A stretch of 64,000 nucleotides of DNA, taken from NCBI RefSeq assembly GCF_009914755.1, contig NC_060939.1; one strand, given 5' to 3'. Below the pieces are notes generated by a model. That model searched no databases, was not told the DNA's origin, and was given only the letters and a program-made list of their open reading frames with translations. Shown here in pieces: positions 41,701-54,972 of this stretch. The stretch's first letter is position 1. Each line of letters opens with the position of its first letter. Source of the DNA: the human T2T-CHM13v2.0 reference genome, Homo sapiens. The position numbers and the translations under genes were made by a program.

Positions 41701-42262
41701 TTGATATCTGCTGAGAAAAGCAGTCTCGTGTACAGTCTTCTGACCCTCCTTGGCCACATAAGAATGGGCCATGAGCCTGGAACACTTCCTTACCAAGTGT
41801 GGGACTATTTTTCCCTGTTTCAGGCTCAATGAGTATCCCTTAGTTCTGCTTAAGTATGTATGTCAATGACCCTCAGGCATGTCTCCAGTTTTCTGTATTT
41901 CATATTCCTTGGGGTAGGGGTCAGAGTCCTTCTGTTGTGATGGGAGAGGAGTGTGTTTAGGTAAATTGCCCTACTTGGATGCCAGGGGTTGTGGGGTGGG
42001 AACCCTCTGGCCACGGAGGACTGACATGCCATTGAAGCTGATCTGGCTCTGTCTCTTCTCTGTGTAAGTAAAGCGTTGTCCCATCTGGTGCTTGACTGCT
42101 TTGTTTTCCTTGGCAACGTCAGTACCAAAATGCAATGGACAGAAGTGTTTGGATGTTTATTCCTGGTGGTTGGCATAGTGTTGATGATCTTCGCTATTCT
42201 CCATGTATTTGGAGTCTTTCCCTGGGACTGGTAACTGTTTCACAGTGCACTGTTCCATGATA
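41701..42262 (+). mobile_element. ERVL-type solo LTR (LTR41/LTR50-like)
   Basis: AGAATGGGCCATGAGCCTGGAACACTTCCTTACCAAG; TTCTCTGTGTAAGTAAAGC. Subfamily uncertain. Confidence 0.5.
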
Positions 42263-42442
42263 TCGTTTGTTTACTGATCCCAGTAGTCAGGGACAATACC
42301 TCTTCATTTTAGTTGGAATTCATTTGTTCAGGAAATGTTTGGGTAGCTGGCTGGTTGCGGCAGACATGTTGTGGTATAGCTTCACGCGTAAACTCAGAAG
42401 TCTCTCCCTGGCTAGCCTGTGCCACTGCCCATGGTTTAGAGC

Positions 42443-42558
42443 CAGGTTTGGGACTAGTACAAGCCATGAAGCACCCAGGGTGTGCAATTTAAGGAGGTGC
42501 TTGCTCTCACGTTGTGCAGGTGCTAGCGCCTCACTTGCCTCACCCTAGTCCCACCCTG
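42443..42558. mobile_element. MER96-like hAT MITE, internally deleted
   Basis: CAGG..TGGGACTAG ... AATTTAAGGAGG ... CTCACTTGCCTCACCCTAGTCCCACCCTG. Confidence 0.65.
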
Positions 42559-42684
42559 ATTAGTGTAGAATTTCCCAAGAGAACAATAACCCTTCAAATC
42601 ATTCCAAGAAAAAAATAAGTCCTTTCAGCAAATAAATTTAAGAAATGTTACACAAATTATACACCATTAAGAAACTTACTTGTC

Positions 42685-43018
<334 letters not shown>

Positions 43019-44276
43019 AACTTACTTGTCAAAACTCTCTATTTAAACTTTAAGAAGTCTAAAAATGAAAGAAACCTGCTTAACTTTGCCTAAGCCAGCC
43101 CTTTCCAAAATTTTGGCTGATTTTTTTGTTTTTGTTTTTTTGCAAAGAATTTGTATTGAAATCCATTAAGTACACTCTGGGAAGTGCTAGGTTTCAGTTA
43201 TGTTAATATGGCTTTAAGAATCATCAAACAAATGCCTCCCAGAATCTAACTGGTGTGCTGCCGATTTGGATAATTTCCACTTAACTATTTATGAAATCAT
43301 GTAAAAGAGGCTTCCTTCCATTATTCCAGGGTCACTCACTCAGAAGTCTCATTCCCTTAGATGCTGTCACACCACTATGATTAGCATATTTCTTTAACTC
43401 TCATTATAGGTGTCTCTGTGTAATGAACATTCATTCTCACTGGATTCCATCAATGCTGAACAACTCCAAACCTACCCCCAATTCGGCTTTCAGACTGGCT
43501 TTGATCAGCATTTTTATTCATGATGAAATAAATAAGTTGACTTTACGATGAGCAAACTTGCCAATGACATGGATTAGGGAGAAACCAAAGAGCCAATTCA
43601 TTTGACTCTTGGTTATAATCTTCTGAGGTGCAAAAGTAGCCGAATCTAATGAAGGAAATAAAACCATAATCAACACAAAGCTGTGCTATTGGTTCCAGAA
43701 CAAATAAACCTATGAAACAAGAAGAGTAGAATCAGAATCGATATGCATAAAATATAGGGAAGTCTAAATATGGCTGAACATATAGGAATCTTTCTAAGAA
43801 TATAGTGAAAACACACCATAAGGAACCAGGGAATCTTCTATCAATAGAAGTGTTCAAGCAAAATATTGTCTGCTGGGCGAATAACATGAGGCAAAGGATA
43901 ATGAGTGAATAGGATCTTAAAGGATAAACTATAAGAAGAAAGAAAGGTAGTCTAGTGTAAAGCATGACCATCAGTGGGGCAGGCAGAAACCCCTTTAATC
44001 ATCATTATACATGAATACAAAAGAGGAATCAAGAAGAAAAACTAGTGAATAAACAAAGTTCTATGATTGCTGACAGGATTAGAGGGAAGGTGCCCTTCCT
44101 CAATTTAATTGCAATATTGATTTCCATTAGCAGGCATGCATGCAAGTAGGACGGAAGCTGAAAAGGCACAGTTCACAGAGATGCCTTGTGTGTACACTTA
44201 GGGGACTAACTGTGCATAATTTATCTGAGGAGGCTTTTTTTTGGAATGGTTCTAAGAGTTGCTGTTGAAATTCCCA

Positions 44277-44332
44277 CTCCCTCCCTCCCTCCCTCCCTCC
44301 CTCCCTTCCTTCCTTCCTTCCCTCCTTCCCTC

Positions 44333-44383
<51 letters not shown>

Positions 44384-44465
44384 TCCTTCCTTCCTTCCTT
44401 CCTTCTTTTTTCTCTTTCTTTCTTTCTTTCTCTCTTTCTTTCTTTCTTCTTTTTTTCTTTCTTTT
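44277..44465. repeat. 189-nt pure polypyrimidine compound microsatellite (CCCT)n(CCTT)n(CTTT)n
   Basis: No purine on the + strand across the interval. Confidence 0.97.
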
Positions 44466-45255
44466 GCCTGTGAATCAAATCTAAAGTCTCCAGCAGAGTT
44501 TCTTTGTGATGAACTCCTCTCCCTGACACTAGAGACACTGTCAATCTCTAGGAAATGGATCCAGACGCCAAATACTGGGCATGGAGCTCATGCCCATGGT
44601 ATGGTAATCAAGGGAAGAATTGGAATTGCACAAAGAGAGAAAAGGCCCTGCTTCACAAGCTCAATGACTTCTAAGAAGAGAAGGCAGACCTGTCATTCTC
44701 TATTGCCAGGATGTCTAGAACAGGAGAAATGGTGTTTGGTGGTGGAAGAGACTGGGTTAAGCCAAGGGAGAATTTCTTTATTAAAAAAAAACAAAAACTG
44801 ATACTGCCCCATGTTCCTGGGTGCCTTAGGTATAAATTTTGAGGTTATCTGGATGAAATGCAGACCATCTCTTAGGGATTAATTTCTTGAAGTTTGCACA
44901 TTCCTTCAGCATTGTTTGTGACATGATAGGATTCCAGCTCAAGGGCTCTAACAAAGTAGGTAATTCCAACATAATCCCCTTTCTTTAAATGAACTTCTAG
45001 AGATGATGCTGTGTCCCCTGAGATCACATGAGATGCAGCTTAAACCATTCCTCATCTGGAAAGAGTGGAATAAATAAAATAAATCATAACTGTTTGCATT
45101 TCTTTCCAAACAGAAGATTCCGTAAGATGGTGTATAAGAGGTTTTAACCAGGAAGTGTGAGGAAGAGAAGCCATAAATCACAAGCACAGTCTATGCACCA
45201 GGGTCCTGAATAACCTCAGCCTTGTCCTCTGAATGCCTGGAATTCAATAGCACAC

Positions 45256-45304
45256 TGTGTGTGTGTGTGTGTGTGTGCATGCACGTGTGTGTGTCTGTGT
45301 GTGT
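45256..45304. repeat. Imperfect (TG)n microsatellite
   Basis: Directly visible in the sequence. Confidence 0.9.
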
Positions 45305-45344
45305 TGAAGATGGAGGATAGGAAGACAGATAATGGGAGCATCCC

Positions 45345-45706
45345 TAATATGGTTTGGCTGTATCCCCACCCAAATCTCATCTTGAATTGTAGCTCCCATA
45401 ATCCCCATGTGTTGTTGGAGGAACCCAGTGGGAGGTAATTGAATCATGAGGGTGGTCTTTCCTGTGGGGTTCTCATGATAGTGAATAAGTCTCATGAGAT
45501 CTGATGGTTTTATAAAAGGGAGCTCCCCTGCACACGCTCTCTTGCCTGCCACCATGTAAGACCTGCCTTTGCTCCTCCTTCACCTTCCACCATGATTGTG
45601 AGGCCTCCCGAACCATGTGGAACTGAGTCCATTAAACCTTTCTTTCCTTTATAAATTACCCAGTCTCAGATATGTCTTTATAGCAGCATGAGAAAGGAAT
45701 AATACA
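45345..45706 (+). mobile_element. THE1B/C solo LTR
   Basis: ATATGGTTTGGCTGTATCCCCACCCAAATCTCATCTTGAATTGTAGCTCCCATAATCCCC ... AATACA. Confidence 0.92.
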
Positions 45707-46223
45707 AAAACTCAAAATTCTTACATACTTCTTTTGCTGGGAGGAAGGCACGGGGGAAGAGGAAGGGCTGGACCTTCTAGGTAAGCATCAATGTACATAT
45801 TGCAGGATGATCCTGATGTGTGTGATGGTGTTATAACTGGAAGCAGAAAGGATGTAGCATAGAACTGTGGCCCTGTGGAGCAGGGTTGGCTACCTACAAG
45901 TTATGGGCAGCTCAGGCAGTTGAGTTGTAGTGAGAATCTCAGAGGATCTGGTCTCAACAGGATAATCTGCAGTTCTAGGAGGCCTGTGTCTTCAGGGGTG
46001 TTTCTGTGTGCAATCCTTGGGGGATTCTATTGCCATGCTTTCCCAGAAACATTCTATCTATTGAATAAAAAAGAAAGTGGGGGTTCCCTTAAGGAGCAAG
46101 CAAAATGTCCCTCAATATACTTGGTCAGGGATACCCTGGAAAACTCTTAACTGCACCTTGTGGTGTTGTCCAGGATAGCAACATCTACTGAACTTCCTTT
46201 TTGCAAAAGGAGATAACAGTAAG

Positions 46224-46408
46224 GTGTGTGTGTATGTGTGTGTGTGTGTGTATATATATATATAAATAAATATATATAAATATATGTAAATATATATAAA
46301 TAAATATAAATATAAAATATATATAAATATATATAAATAAATATATAAAAAATATATATAAATATATATTAATATATATAAATATATATATAAATATATA
46401 TATTTAAT
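46224..46408. repeat. (GT)n followed by a ~158-bp almost pure AT tract
   Basis: Only one G lies between 46251 and 46408. Confidence 0.95.
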
Positions 46409-47809
46409 GTACACATGTAAAATCACATTTTGCTTGTAACTTTTCTCTCCAAAAGGATTATCCATTCTTTTTGGCAAGGAGAGTGATATATTTTTTTGGA
46501 AAGAAAAGTTACATGTAAAATGAATAAAATTACTACCAGACATAAAAAAGTAGCTGCCTTTGTTTCCCATGGAATATTCCTGGCTCATGTAAAAATCTAT
46601 TTTGAGGTGTCTGTGACCATGCCCTAACATCATCTGCAATCCTGAGTTTTCTCTCTGTTTATTAAATGTTCATGGCTCTTAAGAGAGCCAGGGCATACAG
46701 AAAAGTTAAAAGTGTGCACTTGTTCAAAAATGGATTTGAAAGAGAGGAAGAAATTCCAAAACTAATGATCATCAGTATGATTTTGCTTTTGGGTACAAGA
46801 GCCTGAATTATTGTCTGTCCTTGAAACCGACACTTAAGTGTTTATTAGCCTGGGCGGGTGCATGTTCCCTGACTAAGATGTTTCTTGAATGCCAAGGACT
46901 AGAGTAGCCTGTGCACAATCCAATCTTCCCTCATTATTCCTAGAAGATCCTTACAGTCACCTCAAGAGCTCTTGTTTTTCTCAGCCCAGCAGCTCTGATT
47001 TCCTTATTCTGTCACCAGTCAGATCTCTTCCCTGAAGTGACAGAGTCGGGGCAAGCTGTGAGGCATGTTGATAAAAGGGTGCGTTCCTATTTGAGCAGAC
47101 AGGATGAAGGTGATGAAATAGAAAGGCATCCTTTCTGCTGCTCTGAATACCAAGCAGGAAGTCAGAGAGGATCAAAGGCAAATGAAGTCCACAGGATTTA
47201 TGACAGGTGTGCTCAGGAGAATAGCAATCAGGAGGAGGAGATTTCTTACTCAGGGCAGCAATGGTGGTGGCAGCAGCACTGGGTCAACAATGAAAATGAA
47301 GAAAAACCCAGAATGAACACTGCTAGGTGGAACAATGGAGGCGATAAATATGTTCTTATTAGCAAAAGTGACCTTAAAAGAATTTGAATTGAATATACAT
47401 GAGAATGAGTTCTTGGTGGTGGGATGGGGAAAAGAGAAATAAACCATAGACTCTCTCCATAGAAATAAAGTATACCAGTGCTGTTGGTATGAAGGAAGAT
47501 GAAGAGGCACAGGCTCCTGACTTCAGTTCTGATGAGGAAATCCTAGAAACATTACCAGGATTTCCATTTCTTTCTTGGTTTGCAACCTAAGACACTAGGA
47601 TGAGTTTGAAAATATCTTAATTTCTCCATAGAATCACATAATCTATGTCCTGTTTGAGGTTTGAACGTTCCTGTGTATTTTGGGGGTGGGCATGTTTCAC
47701 TCGTAGAAAAGATTCTTCAGTAAAAACACCAATTTGCAAACCTCATATCAAATAGCGAACACCACAGCGCCAGTCATGAATAAGAATTCCTGCTCTAGGC
47801 CTTTACTCC

Positions 47810-48264
47810 GATCAATAATTGTGAAGGGTCTGAGATTTTATCCTACTTGAAAGCTAACAAATTAGCCTGCACAGTTTCATGGATGTTGGTAGAAAACACA
47901 AGACTCCTGGGTCAGAGACAAAAGACTATTTAACTCACAGCACAGCAAGCATCATCATCAGCAGCATTATTTGCATCAGTTTCCCTTGTCCACCAAGTCC
48001 CATGGGGCAGTGCAAACAAGACCAGATAGCTTCATGCACATAAGGTGCCCTTATCACAGGAAAGAAACCCTGAGCTGAAGATATCTAAATTTTTTATAAT
48101 GAGGCGTAAGCATGTGTGTCCTTTGCTTGCAAAAAGTTACTATCTCTTTCTTCTAAGGCTGAACAAACATCCTTTCAATGATAGTACAAAATGAAGACAC
48201 TCAATGTTTCTTCTCACAAGATGTGCAAAAATGCAAAATACCCATGCAAGATTGTCTTCCAGCA
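47810..48264 (-). mobile_element. LTR40-type ERVL solo LTR
   Basis: TGTGAAGGGTCTGAGATTTTATCCTACTTG, AGACTCCTGGGTCAGAGACAAA and terminal ATTGTCTTCCAGCA match LTR40 in reverse. Confidence 0.8.
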
Positions 48265-49107
48265 GGTCTTATGTCCAAACTTTACAGAAATTACTTCCCA
48301 TTCCTGGATCTTATATTTTCATATCTTTAAAGGTATTAAACTGGATCAAATTCAAGGTCATTTCGTGGCAACAAAAACAAAATGATTATTTCTTTTTTTA
48401 AAGACCAACCTTGTGAAGATTCTGCTCTTCAAGGTCTTACAATCTCAGGTCACGCTTACCTTCAAATGATCACTGCTGGTTGGCATTTTAAACACAGGCA
48501 CACACCAATTCAAAGTATCAGTACCTCCACAAGAGTGATGTTTCATTTCTAATTTTTTGTGGGAAAGCCCAGTAAAGTGGAAGGTAATATTGGGAGGAAA
48601 ACTGAGCTGTGATTGAAGCAACACATATATCTTATTTCTTCTACCATCTCAGATTAATTGTAAATGCATTTTCTTTAATCCAAATACATGGAAAATAGAC
48701 TGTGAGTGTAATCTCTGTTGAAAATTTCCTTACTTTTAATCTTTTCCCCTCACTCTCATTGTGAACTTGTTCTGGGAGTGAAATAATTTGTTGAAATAGA
48801 AACTTTGCAAGAGAAAGTTTGCTGATTCCTGCAAAAGAAGCCAGGTCATTAGGCAAAGACCTAATGCATCTGCTACCAGTGGCCTTGGTAACCTGCCAGT
48901 GTAAACCACAAAGTGCTCATGATGGTAGTGGCTTTCTGATACCTGTGATCTGGACAGCCATGCTAGTCTGCTGACACTGGATTCAGAAGGGTCACCTTTC
49001 ATGTCTGGGTTTCCCCGACAACGTCAAAAATGCCACTGTTCCAGCTTTCAATTCCATAGAACCCTTGTCTATTAGGGTTTCAAAGCTCCATGAAAATCAT
49101 TCATATT

Positions 49108-49406
49108 GGCAGGGCGCAGTGGATCACGCCTCTAATCCCAGCGCATTGGGAGGCCGAGGCAGGTGGATCACCTGAGGTCAGGAGTTCAAGACCAGCCTGG
49201 CCAACATGGTGAAACCTCATCTCTACTAAAAATACAAAAATTAACTGGATGTGGTGGCAGGCACCTGTAATCCCAGCTAATCTGGAGACTGAGGCAGAAG
49301 AATTGCTTGAACCTGGGAGACTGAGGCAGGAGAAGTTGCAGTGAGATGAAATTGCACCACTGCACTCCAGCCTGTGCAACAAGAGCAAAAAAACAAGAGC
49401 AAAAAA
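49108..49406 (+). mobile_element. AluSx/Sq with internal and 3' duplications
   Basis: Alu dimer. GGAGACTGAGGCAG.AGAA occurs twice. The 3' end is replaced by tandem AACAAGAGCAAAAA. Confidence 0.92.
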
Positions 49407-49829
49407 GGTGTCACACCTTTCCCCAAGGGAAGATTAGCAGAAGTTTACCTAGAAGCAAGCACTGAGGCCTCTGAGTATATAACATTGCCAGAACAGCTCT
49501 GTCCTATATCATTCTCGAGCTGGGCTCAGATACACCAACCCATGAGGCCTGGGTTAATTTTTTGCCTAGCTCAGTATTGGTGTGGATGGGTTGTGCCCCG
49601 GCCATCATTTTACTACCTACCATCCAATTATAGCTGTCTTCTATCTTTTCTCTATGTTTACTCTACTCTTATAACAGGTTTCTGCCTGTCATCCTCACAA
49701 TGGGTACCAGATATCACCTTCTTCCTACATGCCTGCCAGAGCCAACATATACAGATACGCAGATTTTGAACTTCAGAATTCAGCAAGGCACCTTCAGACA
49801 GACTACTCACAGAGTTTTACGGTGCCCAA

Positions 49830-50045
49830 TCTACACAACCACACCTGGTAGCGTTCCTGGCCTTTGTGAAACAATTTACATGGCTTTGCGCATATAATGC
49901 TCACAACAATCCCATTAAGGTAGGCATTATTATCTAAATTCTCACAAGAGAACACTAAGCACAGAGAGGTTACATTCCCCAACGATTCACAGCTACTACA
50001 TAACCAAGCTAAGAGATATGTCTGGACAACTGCATCTGAGGCTTT
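49830..50045 (-). mobile_element. MIR
   Basis: CTCACAACAATCCCATTAAGGTAGGCATTATTATC; ACTAAGCACAGAGAGGTTA. Confidence 0.7.
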
Positions 50046-50639
50046 CAAAAATTTTTAAAGCCAAATCAGCTTTTGCTCAGTGAAGCGTAAGCAAAAACAC
50101 AACTAAAACAGAACAAAGTTGAGCAGCTTCCCTCTGATTTGTCCCATCTTCTCTTCCTTCCCCAGGCCCACTAAGGATTCCCAAGGGCTCTTAAATGATC
50201 CTTGGTTGCTGACTTTTTCTGGGCTAGACAGAGGAATCCACTGAACCCTTGTAAGGTTATTGTTACAAGGGTATTTGTACAGCTCTTGATAATCTCCTTT
50301 CTATACAGTCTAGAGCTTTCTACCTTCTCCCTACAATCAATGCTTCACGTCTCCCAGTTGCTGGCTGCACCTGTTCAATAGACTCTTTTTGTTGAGTTTC
50401 ACTGAAGCCAAGATAAATGTGCTTCTTTGTTACCATCATCTCATTACAAATCAGACAGAATTCTCCAAGCCCCTTTGAACATGAACATCTGGAATACAGC
50501 CTACTTTCCATGCCTGGAGAGGAGCCTTTGAGGATACAGATCCCTCTAACTCCAGGCATTTGGGGACCCAACTACATCTCTCTTTGCACCCTCTCTTCTT
50601 GCTTAAATCTAAATAAGCCTCTTGGTCAAAAGCAGAGCC

Positions 50640-51049
50640 ATAGTGCATCAGCACCAAGCTCCTCACTAAGAGAAGGCCTTTTTACTAATTCACAGAGCTC
50701 ACTTAATGGTGAGGCTGGTTTTAGCCCTTGCAAAGTACATAAAGCATGGAAACATTTTCCCTTCACTTGGTTACCTCCTGACAACCCATAGACCCAAACA
50801 GTTCACTAGTCTGCCACTTCTCTGACTCTACAGGATGGGTTGGGTACCCCTCGGTAAACTCAGTCCTTCTCGCATCATAGCATTTAACTCTCTGTCTTGT
50901 GGCTCTCTGCGTATTTGTTCCTCCCCAACTAGACTCCCAACTCCAGGAGAAAATGGACTTTATCTTCTTTGTTCAACACTCTACCCATGCCCCTTGCACT
51001 GAACCTGACATATAGTAGGTGCTCATTAAAGATCAGTTGAGTGAATGAA
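50640..51049 (+). mobile_element. L2 3' end
   Basis: CCTGACATATAGTAGGTGCTCATTAAAGATCAGTTGAGTGAATGAAT tail. Confidence 0.75.
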
Positions 51050-53651
51050 TTATTGTGAATTATTGGGTTACAAAGTACTAGTTAATGATTTATATTTCTA
51101 GTGGTAATAATAACTATGTATTTAGATTGGATTTATTTTTAATTTTTAAACTTGTATTAAGTCTGGGAAGATAATTTTAACTCTCCTCTCAAAAATGTAA
51201 GTAACATTTGTTCTTTATTGGTGGGAATAATAATATAAATGGGTTTGAATTCAGTTTGCAACTCAAATAATTGACCATCTGTCTGTATCTGGTTGTAATT
51301 TTGAATTTGTCAACCATCTAAGCAGATTTGAATAATCCTTTAATGAATCTTTAATTTGCTTTAAAGAATGTGTTCTATTAAACTTATTCTATCATCCATT
51401 GTAAAAAGTTATTTAAATTTTGATGTAAATGTAATGTTTGTGCTTTGTTTAAACAGTCAACAGTCAACATTTCACTGTCTGAAAAACAAGTCTGACAGCA
51501 AGTATCTATTTTTATTATTATCAAAAGGTTTCTTTTTACTTTTAAAATATTGAACTTAAATACCAAAAGTTTAATTAAATTTGGCAATGTGTACTTTTGC
51601 CTTGATGTCACATAATTTTATCTCCTCTAAAATTCCCCAAACTAAAACCCTAAGGTTTTCTTCCTCTACCAAATGTGACTGAGGTATAGAGTTTGAATCT
51701 CGGATTACAGTCTTTGTTCTTTGCAAAAGAACCACAGGTGCTATAGGTAGCCTCTTTGATCTCTTCAACTCACAGCCCCTACTTAGGTACCCATAGAGGG
51801 AAATATTTGAGAATTGAGTTTTGTCCACTTTGACTTCCCCTTGACAAACTGGTTCTCACATTATTTCCAGAGACAAATATTTTGAAAGTGAAGAACACAA
51901 GAGGTCACTAAATATTAGCTTTCAAAGACTTCTAGTCACATGATATTTGCTTGGGTTACCTCTTCTTGGAGTCTATATAAAGAATGATGTTTACTCTTGA
52001 ACACTCTTCGGTGCTGAGGTGCTGCTGGGCAAAGAAATATGCAGAAAAGAATGTAAACATGGTTGGGGCTTGCTTGGTTTTGTAGATGCAGAAACTTTTG
52101 CTTGATTTAGGCAAGTCAGAACACTGAGAAGTAGAGAATGAGAAACACATAAGACTTTAAAGGCAAAAATGGTCTTACATAAAAATCAAAAGAGTAAAAC
52201 ATAACGAACATCTTCCTAACCCAGATTTTACACCAGGTCTGAGTTGATTTCTCACTACAACTTAAGAGTACAGCTACAACATTTTCTACTGGTCTAAAAT
52301 AACTGAGAATTATTTAATTTACCTTATCCAACAAACATGAAGTGATAGGCCTAGTGAATCAGAGTTTTAAGTCAATTAAGTATAATTTGTAACTGTCAGA
52401 AATCTAAGTTAACCATTCAGCCCCTCTCCCTGAAAATATTATTGGATGAAGTTAAACTTGAATAGCTTCCAGTAACTGAATTGTCCCAGATTAGTTCAGT
52501 TAACACTGCACGTGTTAAATGCTTATAAACTTTTACCTAAGATTTTTCCAAGGTGGTATGTGCATTTTGCTGCCTTCCTTACACACAGCATTTAAAACAT
52601 AAACTTAACCTTTTATGACAATTCAAGTCTAAATTGGTATTGTTCTACTGAAAGCAATATGTTAAGATCTCAAACAGTCCAGGCTCAGAGATTTCTCAGC
52701 TGTGTGATAGTTGACAAATTATTTAATTTTTCGATCCTCTGCTTTCTTCTTAGTAAAATGAGAAATATACTTACTTGCCTGACTGCCAAAATGTCTGTGA
52801 GGGCAGTGAGGCAGCAAATGTGAAGGAAATGTACAAACAAGGCAATATTTTGCAGATACGAGAGCAGGGAAGTATGGGGAGGAGCAGTTAGATGGAAAAC
52901 TTTATTACAGATAATATTTTGACAAAATTTTCAACTGTTTTTCAACTTTCATTGCTCTATGTAGGATCGTTTTCTTGATAAAGTTACATTAATTTTGTTT
53001 AAAAATTATGCCTTTAATTAAAAGAAACTTTTCCATATGTTATTATACTTTTTCTCGTTTGTCAACAAACATATTTGTGTTTTTATCCTCTTCTTATAAT
53101 TTTTTTCAAAGAACTCTTAACCTAATAAAAAGAATAACATATAATTCTCAAGAGATTTCTATGTGCTAGGTACTATTTTCATCCCCATATTATAGATGAG
53201 GAAACTGAGGTACGCAGCCATTAGGTAGCAAAAGTAATTTTCCCAAGAGCAGACAATACAGATGAGCTTCAAGGCAAGCAGCCCGCCTCAGAGCCTATGC
53301 GCTTCACCCTTAAACCATCTAACAATTCAAAATTCTGCCATTATCTTTACCATTTCCTTCATCCCGCTTTCCTTACATTTACTCTGCAGGTTTGGGGAAG
53401 CACTTGTGATGATTACCTAATTCATTGCATTTCATTCTGTCCTGATAAGAATGAAAACATTTAAGAATGTAACTTATCCTCTAAATGTATCTCATTGCTG
53501 TTATTTTCTATATAACATTTATAAAAATTTATAATCACTATCTTCTTTTATTCAGATCAAGAATATCTATTAAATCATTAAATAAAAGTTTGTTGAACAG
53601 TTTTTACAATTCTTCAGATTTCATCTACAATTAAAACCAAATTAATTAAAT

Positions 53652-54972
53652 TGTACAAGATCATATCAGTGAACATGGATAATTTGATTTCCTCTTTTCC
53701 AATTTGGATGCCTTTTATTTCCTTCTCTTGCCTGATTGTTCTGGTGAGGATTCTAGTACTATGTTGAATAAGAATGGTGAAAAATAAGCATCTTTATCTT
53801 GTTCTAGTTCTCAAATGCTTTCAACTTTTCCCCATTAAGCATAATATTGGCTGTGGATTTATTGTATATTGCCTTTATTATACTGAAGTATGTTTCTTCT
53901 ATACCTAGCTTGTTGAGGATTTTTATGGTGAAGGATGCTAAATTTTATTGAATGGTGGTTTCTGCATATATCAAAATGATCATACGGTATTTGTCCTTAA
54001 TTCTGTTTATGTGATGGATCACATTTATTAATTTTCATATGTTGAACAATCCTTACATCCCTGGGATAATTCCCACATGATCACGGTGTATTATATTTTT
54101 GATATGCTGTTGGATTTAATTTGCTAGTATTTGGATGAGGATTTTGGGTCTATGTTCATCAGGGATATTGATCTGTAGTTCTGTGGTTTTTTGGATGTGG
54201 TGTCCTTGTCTGGGTTTGGTGTAGGGTGATACTAGTCTTGTGGAATGAGATAGGGAGAATTCTCTCTTCTTCAATTTCTTTGAATAGTTTCAAAAGGATT
54301 GGTATTATCTCTTATCTGTTTGTTTTGTAGAATTCAGCTGTGAATCCATCTGGTCCTGGGCTTTTATTTTGTTGGGAGATTTTTTTATTACTAATTCAAT
54401 CTTGCTACTCAGTATTGGTCTGTGCAGGAGTTTTATTTCTTTCTGCTTCAATCTCAGGAGGTTGTATGTTTCCAGGAATGTATCCATTTCTGCTAGGTTT
54501 TCTAGTTTGTGAACACATAGTTGTTCATAATAGTCTCTGATGATCTTTTGTATTTCTGTCGTATGAGTTGTAATATTACCTTTTTCATCTCTGATTGTAT
54601 TTATTGGATCTTCTCTTTTCTTTTCTTGGTTAGTCTGGCTAGTGGTTTATCAATTTTGTTTATCTTTTCGAATGACCTCAACTTTTTGTTTCATTGATCT
54701 TTTGTACTGTTTTATAAATCTCTATTTCATTTAGTTCTGATCTGATCTTTGTCATTTCTTTTATTGTGCTAACTTTGGATTTGGTTTGTTCTTGTTTTCT
54801 AGATTCTTGAGGTTCAACATTAAGTCGTAAATTTGTGATCTTTCTACTTTTATGATGTAGGTATTGAATGGTATGAATTTACCTTTTAACACTGCTTTTG
54901 CTATATCACAGATCTGGGTATGTTAAGATCTCATTTTCATTCATTTTAGATATCTTCAAAATTTCCATCTTA
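53652..54972 (-). mobile_element. L1PB ORF2 segment, inverted 5' part of a twin-primed insertion
   Basis: Antisense L1 ORF2 (TTTCCAATTTGGATGCCTTTTATTTC; TGTGAATCCATCTGGTCCTGGG), degenerate. Confidence 0.9.

Noticed and set aside
44221-44801. Longest ORFs (180 aa and overlapping)
   Set aside because: They are open only because they cross a stop-free pyrimidine microsatellite.
45340-45711. THE1 LTR lacking a matching 5-bp TSD (ATCCC vs AAAAC)
   Set aside because: It could reflect inter-LTR recombination, but simple decay or a small flank indel explains it equally well.
46112-46639. 175-aa I/Y-rich ORF
   Set aside because: It is the translation of the AT/GT low-complexity tract.
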